DNA from: Dehalococcoidia bacterium
Lineage (GTDB): Bacteria > Chloroflexota > Dehalococcoidia > Lucifugimonadales > Australimonadaceae
Length of the DNA stretch: 64,000 nucleotides
Assembly: GCA_965116305.1 (NCBI GenBank)
Contig: OZ220673.1
Span: forward strand, 2,330,183 to 2,394,182
Direction of reading: 5' to 3'
The stretch's first letter is position 1, and every line of letters starts with the position of its first letter. The notes below the pieces were generated by a model that ran no database searches, was not told the origin of the DNA, and saw only the letters and a program-made list of their open reading frames with translations. Below are positions 8,647 to 18,703 of the stretch, piece by piece. A program made the position numbers and the translations under genes.

Positions 8647-9878
8647 CCCCGCACGACTCTGGCGAAACGGCGGCTGCCGACGCGGACCAGCGCCCCGTAG
8701 GCGATGCGCACACGCTCGCCGTCGGGGCGTTCGCCGTCTATCTGTACCGCGTTCTGCTGCAGCAGGCGCCGCGCTTCGCTGCGGCTCGCGGCCATGCTGA
8801 GGGCAGGCAGCAGGTGCGAGAGGTCAGCCTCGAAGCCGTCCGCGTCGTGGGAGACGACGGCAGGGCCGGTCGGATCGACGGCAACCTCCGGTGTGTCCTC
8901 CGGCATCTCGCGCCGCTGGAAGACGCGCTCGAACTCCTCGCGCGCGGCGGCTGCTTCCCCGGGCGAGTGGAAGGCGGCGGTGAGCTCCTCCCCCAGCCGC
9001 TTCTTGATGTCCATGGGGTTCGCGCCTGGCTCCCCGCTCATAGCCGCGCGGATGGCGTCGAGTTCGTCGTCCGAGACGTCGGTCAGCAGTTCGAAGTAGA
9101 TGGGAACAAGGTCGTCCGGCAGCGACATGATCTTGCCGAACATGTCGCGTGGCGTGTCATCGAGCGCAACGTAGTTGTTGAGCGACTTGCTCATCTTGCG
9201 GACGCCGTCCGTGCCCGGAAGGATGGGCATGGTGAAGACGAGCTGGGGCCGCTGCCCCACCTTCTCCTGCAATTCGCGCCCGACGAGCAGGTTGAAGAGT
9301 TGGTCGGTGCCGCCGAACTCCACGTCCGCCTCGATGGCGACCGAGTCGTACGCCTGCAGCAGCGGGTAGAGCATCTCGGTGACGGCGATGGGGCGCTGCG
9401 CGGCGTAGCGCGTGGCGAAGTCGTCGCGGTGCAGGAACTGGTTGACGGTGAAGTGCGCCGTGAGGCGTATGACGTCGGTCAGGGTGAACTTCCCGAACCA
9501 TTCGCTCTGGTAGACGGCGCGCGTCTTGTCCGGGTCGACGACCTTGAAGAACTGGCGCATGTACGTCTCGGCGTTCTCGCGCACGTCCTCGGCGCTGAGC
9601 ATGGTGCGCGTGTCGGACTGACCGGACGGGTCTCCGATCTGCGCCGTCCAGTCGCCGACGATGAGGATGAGCTCGTGGCCGAGGTCCTGCAGCTGGCGCA
9701 GTTTCCGGAGGCCGACGTAGTGGCCGAGGTGCAGGTCCGGCCTGCTGGGATCGAACCCCATCTTGAGACGGAGCGGCTTGCCCTCCTGCAGACGGCGGAT
9801 GAACTCGTCCTCCGGGATGATCTGCGCGACGCCGCGCTTCGTGATGCGGTCGATGGTCTGCCGGTCGAGTGCGGGCAT
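8643..9878 (-). CDS. tyrS: tyrosine--tRNA ligase
   Basis: HIGH-type motif (PDLHLGHYV), KMSKS motif and a C-terminal S4-like domain. Start at ATG 9878 (MPALDRQTIDRI); the 577-aa ORF extension is Arg-rich shadow. Confidence 0.95.
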   Translation of the reverse strand: MPALDRQTIDRITKRGVAQIIPEDEFIRRLQEGKPLRLKMGFDPSRPDLHLGHYVGLRKLRQLQDLGHELILIVGDWTAQIGDPSGQSDTRTMLSAEDVRENAETYMRQFFKVVDPDKTRAVYQSEWFGKFTLTDVIRLTAHFTVNQFLHRDDFATRYAAQRPIAVTEMLYPLLQAYDSVAIEADVEFGGTDQLFNLLVGRELQEKVGQRPQLVFTMPILPGTDGVRKMSKSLNNYVALDDTPRDMFGKIMSLPDDLVPIYFELLTDVSDDELDAIRAAMSGEPGANPMDIKKRLGEELTAAFHSPGEAAAAREEFERVFQRREMPEDTPEVAVDPTGPAVVSHDADGFEADLSHLLPALSMAASRSEARRLLQQNAVQIDGERPDGERVRIAYGALVRVGSRRFARVVRG

Positions 9879-9880
9879 GG

Positions 9881-10825
9881 TCAGGACGCCTCCTGCGGGA
9901 GCGCAAGGATATGCCTCGTATGCGCCACGTCGTCGCGCATGGCGGCGATGAGCGCGTCGACGCCGTCGAACTTCTCCTGCCCGCGCAGGCGTTCGACGAA
10001 CTCCAGCTTCACCTGCTCGCCGTACAGGTTGCCGTCGAAATCGAGGACGAACGCCTCGACGACGCTCGGGCCACCCTCGTGGAACGTAGGCTTGTGCCCG
10101 ATGCTTACGGCGGCAGGGAGACGATCCGTCCCCCGAAGCAGCCACCCGGCGTAGATGCCGTCCGCCGGGACCGCCTGCCGCGGCCCAACCCCGACGTTCG
10201 CCGTCGGGTAGCCGAGCAGCCCGCCGCCCCGGTGCTCGCCCTCGACGACCGGACCTTCCAGTGCGAACGGACGCCCCAGCATGCGTGCGGCGGAGGCAAC
10301 GTCGCCCCCATCCAGCGCCTGGCGCACTGCGGTGCTGCGCACGGGGCCGGCATCCTGCGTTAACTGCTCGACGCACTCCATCGTGTAGCCGAGTTCATTG
10401 CCGAGCACCGTCAGCACGGGGAGCGTCCCCTCGCGGTTGTGACCGAGCGTGACGTCCGGCCCGGCAGCGAAGTGCGCCATGCCGAGGCAGTCCCGCAGGG
10501 CGGTCATGAACTCGCGGGGCGTGAGCAACGACACCTCTTTCGTGAAGGTGACGGGCACGACCGCATCGACGCCGGAACTGGCAAGGAGGCGGAGCCGCTC
10601 GTCCAGCGACGTGAGCATCCGCAGTTGAACGTCCGGGCGCAACACGGAGAGCGGATGGTTCGAGAGCGTGACGGCCACGGGCGCAAGCCCTCGTTCCTCC
10701 GCCGCTCTTACCAGCGTGGCGAGCACGTGCTGATGCCCCAGGTGCACCCCGTCGAACACGCCGAACGCGACAGCCGTCGGCCGGTCGGGCCGGTATGCGG
10801 TCAGCTCCTCACAGAGGTCGGGCAC
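9881..10825 (-). CDS. ribF: bifunctional riboflavin kinase / FMN adenylyltransferase
   Basis: AFGVFDGVHLGHQ nucleotidyltransferase motif and a C-terminal riboflavin kinase region (GYPTAN..., PTFHEG...VEAFVLDF). Confidence 0.9.
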   Translation of the reverse strand: MPDLCEELTAYRPDRPTAVAFGVFDGVHLGHQHVLATLVRAAEERGLAPVAVTLSNHPLSVLRPDVQLRMLTSLDERLRLLASSGVDAVVPVTFTKEVSLLTPREFMTALRDCLGMAHFAAGPDVTLGHNREGTLPVLTVLGNELGYTMECVEQLTQDAGPVRSTAVRQALDGGDVASAARMLGRPFALEGPVVEGEHRGGGLLGYPTANVGVGPRQAVPADGIYAGWLLRGTDRLPAAVSIGHKPTFHEGGPSVVEAFVLDFDGNLYGEQVKLEFVERLRGQEKFDGVDALIAAMRDDVAHTRHILALPQEAS

Positions 10826-10845
10826 GAAGGCGCTCCATGCGAGGG

Positions 10846-11907
10846 TCAGGCGACGGGCTCAACAGCGAGCGCCTCGTGCGCCTCGGTGAGCATCGCGGCG
10901 GTCTCCTCCCAGTCCATGCACGCGTCGGTTATCGAGACGCCGTACTGGAGTTGCGATGGGTCGTCGCCGAGGTCCTGCCGCCCGCCGAAGAGATGGCTCT
11001 CCGCCATGAGGCCGACGATGAGGTCGTTGCCGGCACGGCGCTGGCGCACCACGTCGCGGAAGGCGATGGGCTGCCGGTTGTGGTCTTTCTCCGAGTTGGC
11101 ATGCGAGCAGTCGACCATGATGCGCGGGGGCAACCCTGCGGCTTCCAGTTTCTCCTGCACGTCCCGCACGCTTGCCTCGGCGTAGTTGGGACCTCCGGAG
11201 CCGCCTCGCAGGATGAGGTGACCGTAGGGGTTGCCGTTCGTGTTGACGATGCAGGTGCGTCCCTGCCGGTCTATCCCGAGAAAAGAGTGCGGAGCGCGGG
11301 ACGTCTTCATCGCGTCGATGGCGATCTGGGAGTTGCCGTCCGTGCCGTTCTTGAAGCCCACGGGCATGCTCAGACCGCTGGCCATCTCCCGGTGCGTCTG
11401 GCTCTCAGTCGTGCGCGCGCCGATGGCGGCCCACGATACGAGGTCGGCGAGGTACTGGGGTGTGATGGGGTCCAGGAACTCGGTCCCGGCCAGTACGCCC
11501 ATCTCGGCCAGTTGCATGAGCAGTTTGCGGGCGCGGTAGAGGCCGCTCGATATGTCGAATGAGCCGTCGAGGTTCGGGTCGTTGATGAGGCCTTTCCAGC
11601 CGAGGCTGGTACGCGGCTTCTCGAAGTAGACGCGCATGATGATGAGGAGCGAGTCGCTCATCCGCACAGCGAGCTCGCCCAGTCTGCCGGCGTATTCGAG
11701 CGCGGCCTTCTCGTCGTGGATGGAGCACGGGCCCGTGATGACGAGCAGGCGGGAGTCCTCGCCGGTCAGGATGCGCTCAACCTGGTCCCGCCCTTCGGCG
11801 ACGGTCTGGACCATCGCAGGCGTGAGCGGCAGTTTGCGCTGGAGCTCCTCCGGCGGAGCGAGGGGTTCTATCGATCTGATATGCAGGTCGCTAACGGAAC
11901 GCGCCAT
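10846..11907 (-). CDS. aroG: class I 3-deoxy-7-phosphoheptulonate (DAHP) synthase
   Basis: 353 aa from ATG 11907. Carries ITGPCSIHD, KPRTSLGWKGLINDP and VDCSHANS signatures of AroF/G/H-type enzymes. The isozyme cannot be told from sequence. Confidence 0.9.
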   Translation of the reverse strand: MARSVSDLHIRSIEPLAPPEELQRKLPLTPAMVQTVAEGRDQVERILTGEDSRLLVITGPCSIHDEKAALEYAGRLGELAVRMSDSLLIIMRVYFEKPRTSLGWKGLINDPNLDGSFDISSGLYRARKLLMQLAEMGVLAGTEFLDPITPQYLADLVSWAAIGARTTESQTHREMASGLSMPVGFKNGTDGNSQIAIDAMKTSRAPHSFLGIDRQGRTCIVNTNGNPYGHLILRGGSGGPNYAEASVRDVQEKLEAAGLPPRIMVDCSHANSEKDHNRQPIAFRDVVRQRRAGNDLIVGLMAESHLFGGRQDLGDDPSQLQYGVSITDACMDWEETAAMLTEAHEALAVEPVA

Positions 11908-12094
11908 GACGCAATCCCCTTTCTTTACTCTGACGATGCGGAAGGCCGAAAGAACGAACGCGGAGCCTAGCGATAGCTGTAGCTGGCGCTGCCCCGCCGC
12001 GTAAACAGGAAGAACCGCCGGGTCCAATCAAGGGCCCGGACGCCACGGATGCGAGGCTCGGTTGCGAGCGTTGTGCGCATCTCCCTCCGCCGGT

Positions 12095-12460
12095 TCATCC
12101 GCTGTCGGGCGACCGCAGGTCACGGGCGCCCTTCAGGTAGACGTACCGCAGGTCCTCTTTCCGCTTCTCGGTATTCAGGAGCAGAAGCACCCGGATAACG
12201 GACTCCGGCGCACCCGGCACCGGGATCTCGCAGCTATCCATGAGCGCCGTCTGCTTCCATCCCAGCCGCAAGCGCGCCGCTTTGGCCGGGAACTCCGCGG
12301 TGAGATCTGCGGTTACGGTAAAGAATACCGCGCCTACGTCCTCCTCGACAAGGTCATTGGCTGTCGCGAGTTCGCGCAACAGCTCCTCCGTGGCATCGAG
12401 GATCGCCTCGGGCGTGTTGGCGTCGGCTGTCGTTGCGCCGCGCAGTCCAAGGGTCGGCAT
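12095..12460 (-). CDS. aroH: chorismate mutase, AroH type
   Basis: MPTLGLRGATTADANT... N-terminus and a length of about 121 aa are typical of AroH-class monofunctional chorismate mutase. Start set at ATG 12460. Confidence 0.8.
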   Translation of the reverse strand: MPTLGLRGATTADANTPEAILDATEELLRELATANDLVEEDVGAVFFTVTADLTAEFPAKAARLRLGWKQTALMDSCEIPVPGAPESVIRVLLLLNTEKRKEDLRYVYLKGARDLRSPDSG

Positions 12461-12509
12461 GGTGTTCTCTCCGCTCACTCCTACGGGCGGGCACGCATCT
12501 GCACCAGCG

Positions 12510-13304
12510 TCACTGCGCCGCAGCAAGCTCCCGTACGAACGCGCCAGCCCGGGAGGCCGCCTCGCCGGGCGGGGCGGAATCTATCACGTTGATGAGGGCG
12601 CTTCCAACGACCGCAACGTCCGCGACCTTCCCCACGCGCTCCACGTGCCGCCGCTCGGAGATGCCGAAGCCGACCCCCACGGGCAACGCCGTGTGCCGGC
12701 GCACACGGGTAACGAACTCCGGGAAGTCGTCCGGCAGATCGCTCCGTGCGCCGGTCACGCCGGTGACGCTGACGCAGTAGACGAACCCTCGCGCGTGCCC
12801 GCAGCCGAGCACGATGCGCTCCTCGGTGCTGGTGGGCGCGAGCATGCTCACGATGCCCAGACCGTGCTGCTCGAGCGCCGCACGCAGTTCGCCCGCCTCG
12901 TCCGGCGGCAGGTCGGGAATGATGAGCGCGTCCACGCCGGCGTCCGCGCAGTCCGCGGCGTATGCGGCGATGCCGTAACGCAGGATGGGGTTGTAGTAGC
13001 CCATGAAGATGAACGGCAGGCTCACGCCGGAGTCCCGGAGACGGCGCGCCGTTTCCAGGCAGACGTGGGTGTCCACGCCGCCGGTCAGCGCGCGGTAGCT
13101 CGCGGCCTGTACCGTGGGGCCGTCCGCGAGTGGGTCGCTGTACGGCACCCCGAGTTCGAGAGCGTCCGCTCCCGCCTGTTCGATGGCAGGGACGATGGCG
13201 AGCGTGTCCTCGATGGAAGGGAACCCGATGGTGACGTACGGGATCAGAGCGGTGCGCCCCTCGCTCCGAGCATGAGACAGGGCGTTTTCCAGACGGTCCA
13301 GCAT
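12510..13304 (-). CDS. trpA: tryptophan synthase alpha chain
   Basis: ELGVPYSDPLADGPTVQ and GFGIS motifs. Start set at ATG 13304 (MLDRLENAL). Confidence 0.9.
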   Translation of the reverse strand: MLDRLENALSHARSEGRTALIPYVTIGFPSIEDTLAIVPAIEQAGADALELGVPYSDPLADGPTVQAASYRALTGGVDTHVCLETARRLRDSGVSLPFIFMGYYNPILRYGIAAYAADCADAGVDALIIPDLPPDEAGELRAALEQHGLGIVSMLAPTSTEERIVLGCGHARGFVYCVSVTGVTGARSDLPDDFPEFVTRVRRHTALPVGVGFGISERRHVERVGKVADVAVVGSALINVIDSAPPGEAASRAGAFVRELAAAQ

Positions 13305-13365
13305 GGTGGACAGTCTATCGCGTCGCGGGGCGGGGCGTGTAACCTGCACGGCCCACGCCTGAAAG

Positions 13366-13395
13366 TTGACTCGACGTGAGACTTTGCACTATCAT
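13366..13395 (+). promoter_or_regulatory. sigma-70-like promoter of the ilv-leu leader
   Basis: TTGACT (13366-13371), 18-nt spacer, TATCAT (13390-13395), placed about 25 nt before the T-box Stem I. Confidence 0.45.
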
Positions 13396-13417
13396 GTCGC
13401 CGCTTCTAACATCCGTT

Positions 13418-13662
13418 TCCGCTGGGAAGGGAAGTAGTAAGGGGCAAGCGCATCCCAGAGAGCCGGTCGTTGTGGTGCGAGACCGGCGATGGACAAGCCC
13501 TCCTGAACTCGTCCCCGAGCGGCTGGCCTGAACAGCAACAGTAGGGCCAGCGGAGCGCGCCGTTACCGCGCAGGCAAAGCTGCCTCGGCCCTTCGTGAGC
13601 CGGGGAAGTAGGGTGGTACCGCGGGTTAACGGCCCGTCCCTTCATGGGGCGGGTCTTTTTTT
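13418..13662 (+). promoter_or_regulatory. T-box leader riboswitch, probable Leu (CUC) specifier
   Basis: Stem I elements AGUA, AGAGAG (13457-13462) and GGUGCGAG. Specifier-loop context GAA-CUC-G (CUC at 13508-13510). Canonical T-box sequence GGGUGGUACCGCG (13611-13623), followed by a terminator hairpin and U-run. Confidence 0.85.
13631..13662 (+). terminator. intrinsic terminator of the T-box leader
   Basis: CCCGUCCC / GGGGCGGG 8-bp stem (one G-U pair) with a 5-nt loop, followed by TTTTTTT (13656-13662). Its 5' arm overlaps the T-box antiterminator. Confidence 0.75.
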
Positions 13663-13717
13663 ACCTTCGGAGAGGCGCTCCGGTTACGGAACGACAAGCG
13701 AAGGAAGTGAGGGAGTC

Positions 13718-15418
13718 TTGCATCTGACAGGCGCACAGATGGTCTGCGAGAGCCTGGTGCGGGAGGGGACGGACATCATGTTCGGCCTCCCCGGCGGCGC
13801 GATACTGCCGCTCTACCAGACGCTGCCGGAGTACCCGCAACTGCGGCATATCCTCGTGCGGCACGAGCAGAACGCCGGCCACGCGGCGGACGGCTACGCA
13901 CGCGCATCCGGCAAGGTGGGCGTCGCCGTCGCGACCTCCGGGCCGGGCGCGACGAACCTCGTCACGCCCCTCGCAACCGCGATGATGGACTCCGTGCCGC
14001 TTGTTGCGATAACGGGGCAGGTGCCGCGCGCCGCCATCGGGCGCGACGCGTTCCAGGAGACCGACACCACCGGTATCACGCTGCCTATCACCAAGCACAA
14101 CTACCTCGTGATGGATACAGCGGACATCCCGCGCATCATGAGCGAGGCGTTCCATATCGCACGCACGGGACGACCCGGTCCGGTGCTCATCGACCTGCCT
14201 CGCGACGTGCTCACCGAGAGCGACGACTTCGACTACCCGGAGCACGTCGACCTTCCCTCCTACAAACCGACGATGGAGGGGCACGGGCAGATGATCAAGC
14301 GCGCTGCGCAGCTCATCGCGGACTCGCAGCGCCCCCTGCTCATGGTGGGGCACGGCGCGATCATCTCCGGCGCGTTCGCAGAGGTACGGGAGATAGCGGA
14401 GAAGGCGCAGATCCCCGTCATCACGACGCTGCTCGGCATCGGCAGCTTCTCCGGCGAGCACATCCTGAGCATGGGTATGCCGGGGATGCACGGCCAAGCG
14501 TACAACAACTGGGCGATAGACCGGGCCGACCTCATCATCGGGGTCGGGATGCGGTTCGACGACCGGGTCACCGGCAGGCTGAGTGCGTTCGCGCCCAACG
14601 CGAAGGTCATCCACATCGACATCGACCCTGCCGAGGTCGGCAAGAACGTGCGCGTGACCGTGCCCATCGTCGGCGATGCGAAGCGTGTGCTCCACGCGCT
14701 CGAAAAGCAGGTGGAGCAGGTGTCGCGTCCCGAGTGGATGTCGGAGATAGACGCAATGCGCGCCGAGCATCCCCTGAGTTCAGGCCACGGCAGCGGGCTC
14801 CGTCCGCAGCATGTCGTCCGCGAGCTGTGTGACGTCACGGACGGTCGCGCCATCGTCGTTACCGGCGTGGGGCAGCACCAGATGTGGGCGGCCCAGCACT
14901 ACGTGTTCAAGGAGCCCGGCTCTTGGATCACGTCCGGAGGGCTGGGGACGATGGGCTTCGAAGTGCCCGCCGCGATGGGCGCGGCCTTCGCTCAGCCCAA
15001 GCGTCAGGTGTGGAGCATCGCCGGGGACGGCGGCTTCCAGATGACGATGTCCGAACTGGCGACCATTGTGGAGCACAACGTGCCGGTGAAGTTCGCCGTC
15101 CTGAACAACAACAACCTCGGCCTCGTGCGGCAGCTGCAGGACCTGTTCTACGGAGGCTCGCGCGTGGCGTCCGGCTACACCGGCAACCCGGACTTCGTAA
15201 AGCTCGCCGAGGCCTACGGCATCTGGGCGAAGCACGTCACGGACGAGCCGCAAGTGCGGTCGGCCCTGGAAGAGGCGGCGGCGGTGGACGGGCCGGCCAT
15301 CATCGATTTCCACGTGGAGCCGGAGGAGAACGTGTACCCGCACGTTCCCGCAGGAGAGAGCGTGTTCGAGATGATCGAATCGCCCGCCGGGCAGGAAGCG
15401 CTGTCATGGCTGACGTAA
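13718..15418 (+). CDS. ilvB: acetolactate synthase large subunit
   Basis: ThDP enzyme signatures ([34 protein letters not shown]). Start placed at TTG 13718 after GAGGGAG; alternative ATG at 13739. The upstream part of the track ORF overlaps the T-box. Confidence 0.9.
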   Translation: MHLTGAQMVCESLVREGTDIMFGLPGGAILPLYQTLPEYPQLRHILVRHEQNAGHAADGYARASGKVGVAVATSGPGATNLVTPLATAMMDSVPLVAITGQVPRAAIGRDAFQETDTTGITLPITKHNYLVMDTADIPRIMSEAFHIARTGRPGPVLIDLPRDVLTESDDFDYPEHVDLPSYKPTMEGHGQMIKRAAQLIADSQRPLLMVGHGAIISGAFAEVREIAEKAQIPVITTLLGIGSFSGEHILSMGMPGMHGQAYNNWAIDRADLIIGVGMRFDDRVTGRLSAFAPNAKVIHIDIDPAEVGKNVRVTVPIVGDAKRVLHALEKQVEQVSRPEWMSEIDAMRAEHPLSSGHGSGLRPQHVVRELCDVTDGRAIVVTGVGQHQMWAAQHYVFKEPGSWITSGGLGTMGFEVPAAMGAAFAQPKRQVWSIAGDGGFQMTMSELATIVEHNVPVKFAVLNNNNLGLVRQLQDLFYGGSRVASGYTGNPDFVKLAEAYGIWAKHVTDEPQVRSALEEAAAVDGPAIIDFHVEPEENVYPHVPAGESVFEMIESPAGQEALSWLT

Positions 15419-15975
15419 GCCTGAACGGGCACGTCCACACCATTACGGCGCTGGTCCACGACAAGCCGGGAGTGCTGGCGCGCGTCGCGGGACTGTTCTC
15501 GCGGCGCGGGTTCAACATCTCCAGCCTGGCGGTCGGTCACAGCGAGACGGCGGGGCTCTCCCGCATGACGTTCGTCGTCGAGGGCGGAGACTGGGTGGTG
15601 GAGCAGGTGACGAAGCAGCTCTACAAGCTGATAGACGTCGTGCGGGTGACGAACATCTCGTCGGAGAGCAGCGTCGTCCGGGAGATGGCCCTGCTGAAGG
15701 TGAAGTCCAACAAGGACAATCGCGCGGAGATCATGCAGATAGTGGACATCTTCCGCGCAGGTATCGTGGACGTGGGCAAGGACACGGTCATCGTCGAGGT
15801 GACGGGCGACGAGGAGAAGATAGACGCGCTCATCAAGCTGCTCCAGCCCTTCGGCGTCCGCGAGACGATGCGTACAGGACGGATAGCGATGACCCGTGGC
15901 GGCGTGGCCGCGGGCACGAAGCAGACGGCTGTCCCCGCCGCGCAGAGCGCGCCGGATACGGAAGTCGTCCCCTGA
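15406..15975 (+). CDS. ilvN: acetolactate synthase small (regulatory) subunit
   Basis: ACT domain [36 protein letters not shown] at 15406 overlaps the ilvB end by 13 nt. Confidence 0.9.
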   Translation: MADVSLNGHVHTITALVHDKPGVLARVAGLFSRRGFNISSLAVGHSETAGLSRMTFVVEGGDWVVEQVTKQLYKLIDVVRVTNISSESSVVREMALLKVKSNKDNRAEIMQIVDIFRAGIVDVGKDTVIVEVTGDEEKIDALIKLLQPFGVRETMRTGRIAMTRGGVAAGTKQTAVPAAQSAPDTEVVP

Positions 15976-16010
15976 AGGCGCGAACCAGAACACGAGGAGG
16001 AGACTGCGAT

Positions 16011-17006
16011 ATGGCGAAGGTGTACTACAAGGAAGATGCCGACATCAGCCTGCTGAGCGGCAAGCGCGTCGGCGTCATCGGCTACGGCAGCCAGGGGCAT
16101 GCGCACGCGCTCAACCTGCGCGACAACGGCGTGGACGTGGTGGTGGGCTTGCTGCCGACCAGCGCCAGCCGCGCGAAGGCTGAGGCCGAGGGACTGCGGG
16201 TCGCCACTCCGGCTGAGGCCACGAAGGAGAGCGACTTCATCATGGTGCTGGCGCCGGACACCGCGCAGCGCAGCATCTACACGGAGTCCATCGAGCCGAA
16301 CCTGGACAGCTCCAAGACGCTGATGTTCGCGCACGGCTTCAACATCCACTTCGGGGAGATCCAACCGCCCGCCGACGTGGACGTGTCGATGATTGCCCCG
16401 AAGGCGCCCGGGCACCGGGTGCGCGAAGTGTTCGTCGACGGACAGGGGGTACCGTCGCTCGTGGCGATCCACCAGGACGCCTCGGGCGACGCGCTCGCGA
16501 ACGCGCTGGCCTACGGCGCGGGCATCGGCTCGGACCGGGCCGGCATCGTGGAGACGACGTTCAAGGAAGAGACGGAGACCGACCTCTTCGGCGAGCAGAC
16601 CGTGCTCTGCGGCGGCGTTACCAGCCTCATCACGAACGCATTCGAAGTGCTCGTGGAGGCGGGCTACCAGCCGGAGATCGCCTACTTCGAGGTGATGCAC
16701 GAGCTCAAGCTCATCGTTGACCTGCTCTACGAGGGCGGCATGAAGTACATGCGCTACTCCGTGAGCGACACGGCGGAGTACGGCGACTACAGCCGCGGCT
16801 CCCGGGTGGTGGACGAGCACGCCCGCGCCGAGATGAAGCGCGTGCTCCAGGAGATACAGGACGGCTCGTTCGCCCGCGAGTGGATAGCCGAGAACCACGA
16901 AGGCCAGCCGCGCTTCAAGGCGATGCGTGAGGCGGCTGCCGGCCACGAGATCGAAACCGTCGGAGCAGAGCTCCGGGGGATGATGACGTTCCTGGGGAAG
17001 AAGTAA
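16011..17006 (+). CDS. ilvC: ketol-acid reductoisomerase
   Basis: [35 protein letters not shown], a class I KARI signature. Confidence 0.95.
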   Translation: MAKVYYKEDADISLLSGKRVGVIGYGSQGHAHALNLRDNGVDVVVGLLPTSASRAKAEAEGLRVATPAEATKESDFIMVLAPDTAQRSIYTESIEPNLDSSKTLMFAHGFNIHFGEIQPPADVDVSMIAPKAPGHRVREVFVDGQGVPSLVAIHQDASGDALANALAYGAGIGSDRAGIVETTFKEETETDLFGEQTVLCGGVTSLITNAFEVLVEAGYQPEIAYFEVMHELKLIVDLLYEGGMKYMRYSVSDTAEYGDYSRGSRVVDEHARAEMKRVLQEIQDGSFAREWIAENHEGQPRFKAMREAAAGHEIETVGAELRGMMTFLGKK

Positions 17007-17054
17007 CCGCCGGCACAGCGGAGGCCGTGAGCGGCCTGTTTGCGGAGGAATGAC

Positions 17055-18605
17055 ATGGAAGACCGAGTGCTCATCTTCGACACCACGCTCCGGGACGGAG
17101 AGCAGTCCGCCGGGGCGGGGATGACAGTGGACGAGAAGGTGGAGGTCGCCAGGCAGCTCGAGCGGCTCAACGTCGACATCATCGAGGCGGGCTTCCCTGT
17201 GAGCTCGCCCGGCGACTTCGAGGCGGTACAGACGATCGCGCGCGAGGTGCGGAAGCCGATCATCGCGGCGCTCGCGCACGCGAACGAAGCCGCGGTGGAC
17301 CGGGCCGGAGAGGCGCTGAAGGACGCGGCGCACCCGCGCATCCACATCTTCATCTCCTCCTCGGACCAGCACATCCAGCATCAGCTGCGCAAGAACCGGG
17401 AAGAGGTGGTGGACATCGCGGTGAAGGCCGTCTCAAGGGCGCGCCAGTACACCGACGACGTCGAGTTCTCCCCCATGGACTCCAGCCGCACGGAGCGTGA
17501 GTTCCTCGCGCACATGGTGCGGGCAGCCGTCGACGCGGGCGCGACGACCATCAACATCCCCGACACCGTCGGCTACGCGGTGCCGGAGGAGTTCGGCGGC
17601 CTCATCACCTACCTGCGCGCCGAGGTGCCGGAGCTCGGCGACAGCGTCCGCATCTCCGTGCACTGCCACGACGACCTCGGTATGTCGGTCGCCAACAGCC
17701 TCTCCGCGGTGAAGGCGGGGGCCCGACAGGTTGAGGGCTGCATCAACGGCATCGGCGAGCGCGCGGGGAACACCGCCGTCGAGGAAGTCATCATGGCGCT
17801 CCGCACGCGAGGCGACTACTTCGGCGTAGACACCGAGATAGATACGAAGCAGCTGTACAACACCAGCCGTCTCGTGAGCCAGGTGAGCGGCTTCCCGGTG
17901 CAGCCCAACAAGGCGGTCATCGGGCGCAACGCGTTCCGGCATGCCTCCGGCATCCACCAGGACGGCGTGCTGAAGGAGCGCACCACCTACGAGATCCTGA
18001 ACCCGCTGGACGTGGGGGTGCCTCGCAGCGAGCTCGTGCTCGGCAAGCTGAGCGGACGCCACGGCCTCCGGTCACGGCTCGAGGAGTTGGGCTACGCGCT
18101 CACCAACGAGGAACTCGACAAGGTGCACGAGTCGTTCAAGGAGCTCGCCGACAAGAAGCGCGAGGTGACAGACCGCGACCTCATTGCCCTGATGGGCAAC
18201 GAGCGCACGGCCATCGAGGAAACGTACTCGCTGGAGCACGTGCAGGTGACCTGCGGCACAGGCGAGATCCCGACCGCGACCGTTCAGTTGTCCCTCGAAG
18301 ACGGGACGCTCCGCACTGACGCGGCGACAGGCACCGGACCGGTGGACGCCGTCTACCAGGCCATCAACCGCATCGTCGGCGTGCCGAACGAGCTGACCGA
18401 GTTCAGCGTCAACTCGGTTACGGAGGGCATCGACGCCATCGGCGAGGTGAGCATCCGCATCGAACAGGACGGCAAGCCGTACATCGGACGCGGCGCGGAC
18501 ACGGACATCATCGTCGCGTGCGCCCAGGCGTACATGAACGCGCTCAACCGCCTGATCGCGATGGGTGACACCACGCGCTCGCCGGAGGCGGCAGGCGCCG
18601 TCTAA
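17055..18605 (+). CDS. leuA: 2-isopropylmalate synthase
   Basis: LIFDTTLRDGEQS and HCHDDLGM motifs plus a C-terminal LeuA dimerisation/regulatory domain. ATG 17055 lies 6 nt after GGAGG; the track start at 17040 is TTG. Confidence 0.93.
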   Translation: MEDRVLIFDTTLRDGEQSAGAGMTVDEKVEVARQLERLNVDIIEAGFPVSSPGDFEAVQTIAREVRKPIIAALAHANEAAVDRAGEALKDAAHPRIHIFISSSDQHIQHQLRKNREEVVDIAVKAVSRARQYTDDVEFSPMDSSRTEREFLAHMVRAAVDAGATTINIPDTVGYAVPEEFGGLITYLRAEVPELGDSVRISVHCHDDLGMSVANSLSAVKAGARQVEGCINGIGERAGNTAVEEVIMALRTRGDYFGVDTEIDTKQLYNTSRLVSQVSGFPVQPNKAVIGRNAFRHASGIHQDGVLKERTTYEILNPLDVGVPRSELVLGKLSGRHGLRSRLEELGYALTNEELDKVHESFKELADKKREVTDRDLIALMGNERTAIEETYSLEHVQVTCGTGEIPTATVQLSLEDGTLRTDAATGTGPVDAVYQAINRIVGVPNELTEFSVNSVTEGIDAIGEVSIRIEQDGKPYIGRGADTDIIVACAQAYMNALNRLIAMGDTTRSPEAAGAV

Positions 18606-18633
18606 CGGGTTCCAACCCCCCTTCTTGCAGGGC

Positions 18634-18691
18634 TTGACCGGCTGCTTGGTATGCTTTACTATTTCTCTTACTGGTAAGGAATACCAAGCAG
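18634..18691 (+). promoter_or_regulatory. internal promoter plus inverted-repeat operator in front of the TA cassette
   Basis: TTGACC (18634-18639), 17-nt spacer, TACTAT (18657-18662). Perfect 11-bp inverted repeat CTGCTTGGTAT (18642-18652) / ATACCAAGCAG (18681-18691) spans the promoter spacer and leader. Confidence 0.5.
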
Positions 18692-18703
18692 TCGAGGCTC
18701 GCC

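Noticed and set aside
11908-12094. Possible second T-box or attenuator in the 187-nt aroH-aroG spacer
   Set aside because: No GGUGGUACCGCG-like T-box sequence or clear terminator with a U-run appears on the minus strand. Only a weak imperfect hairpin is seen.
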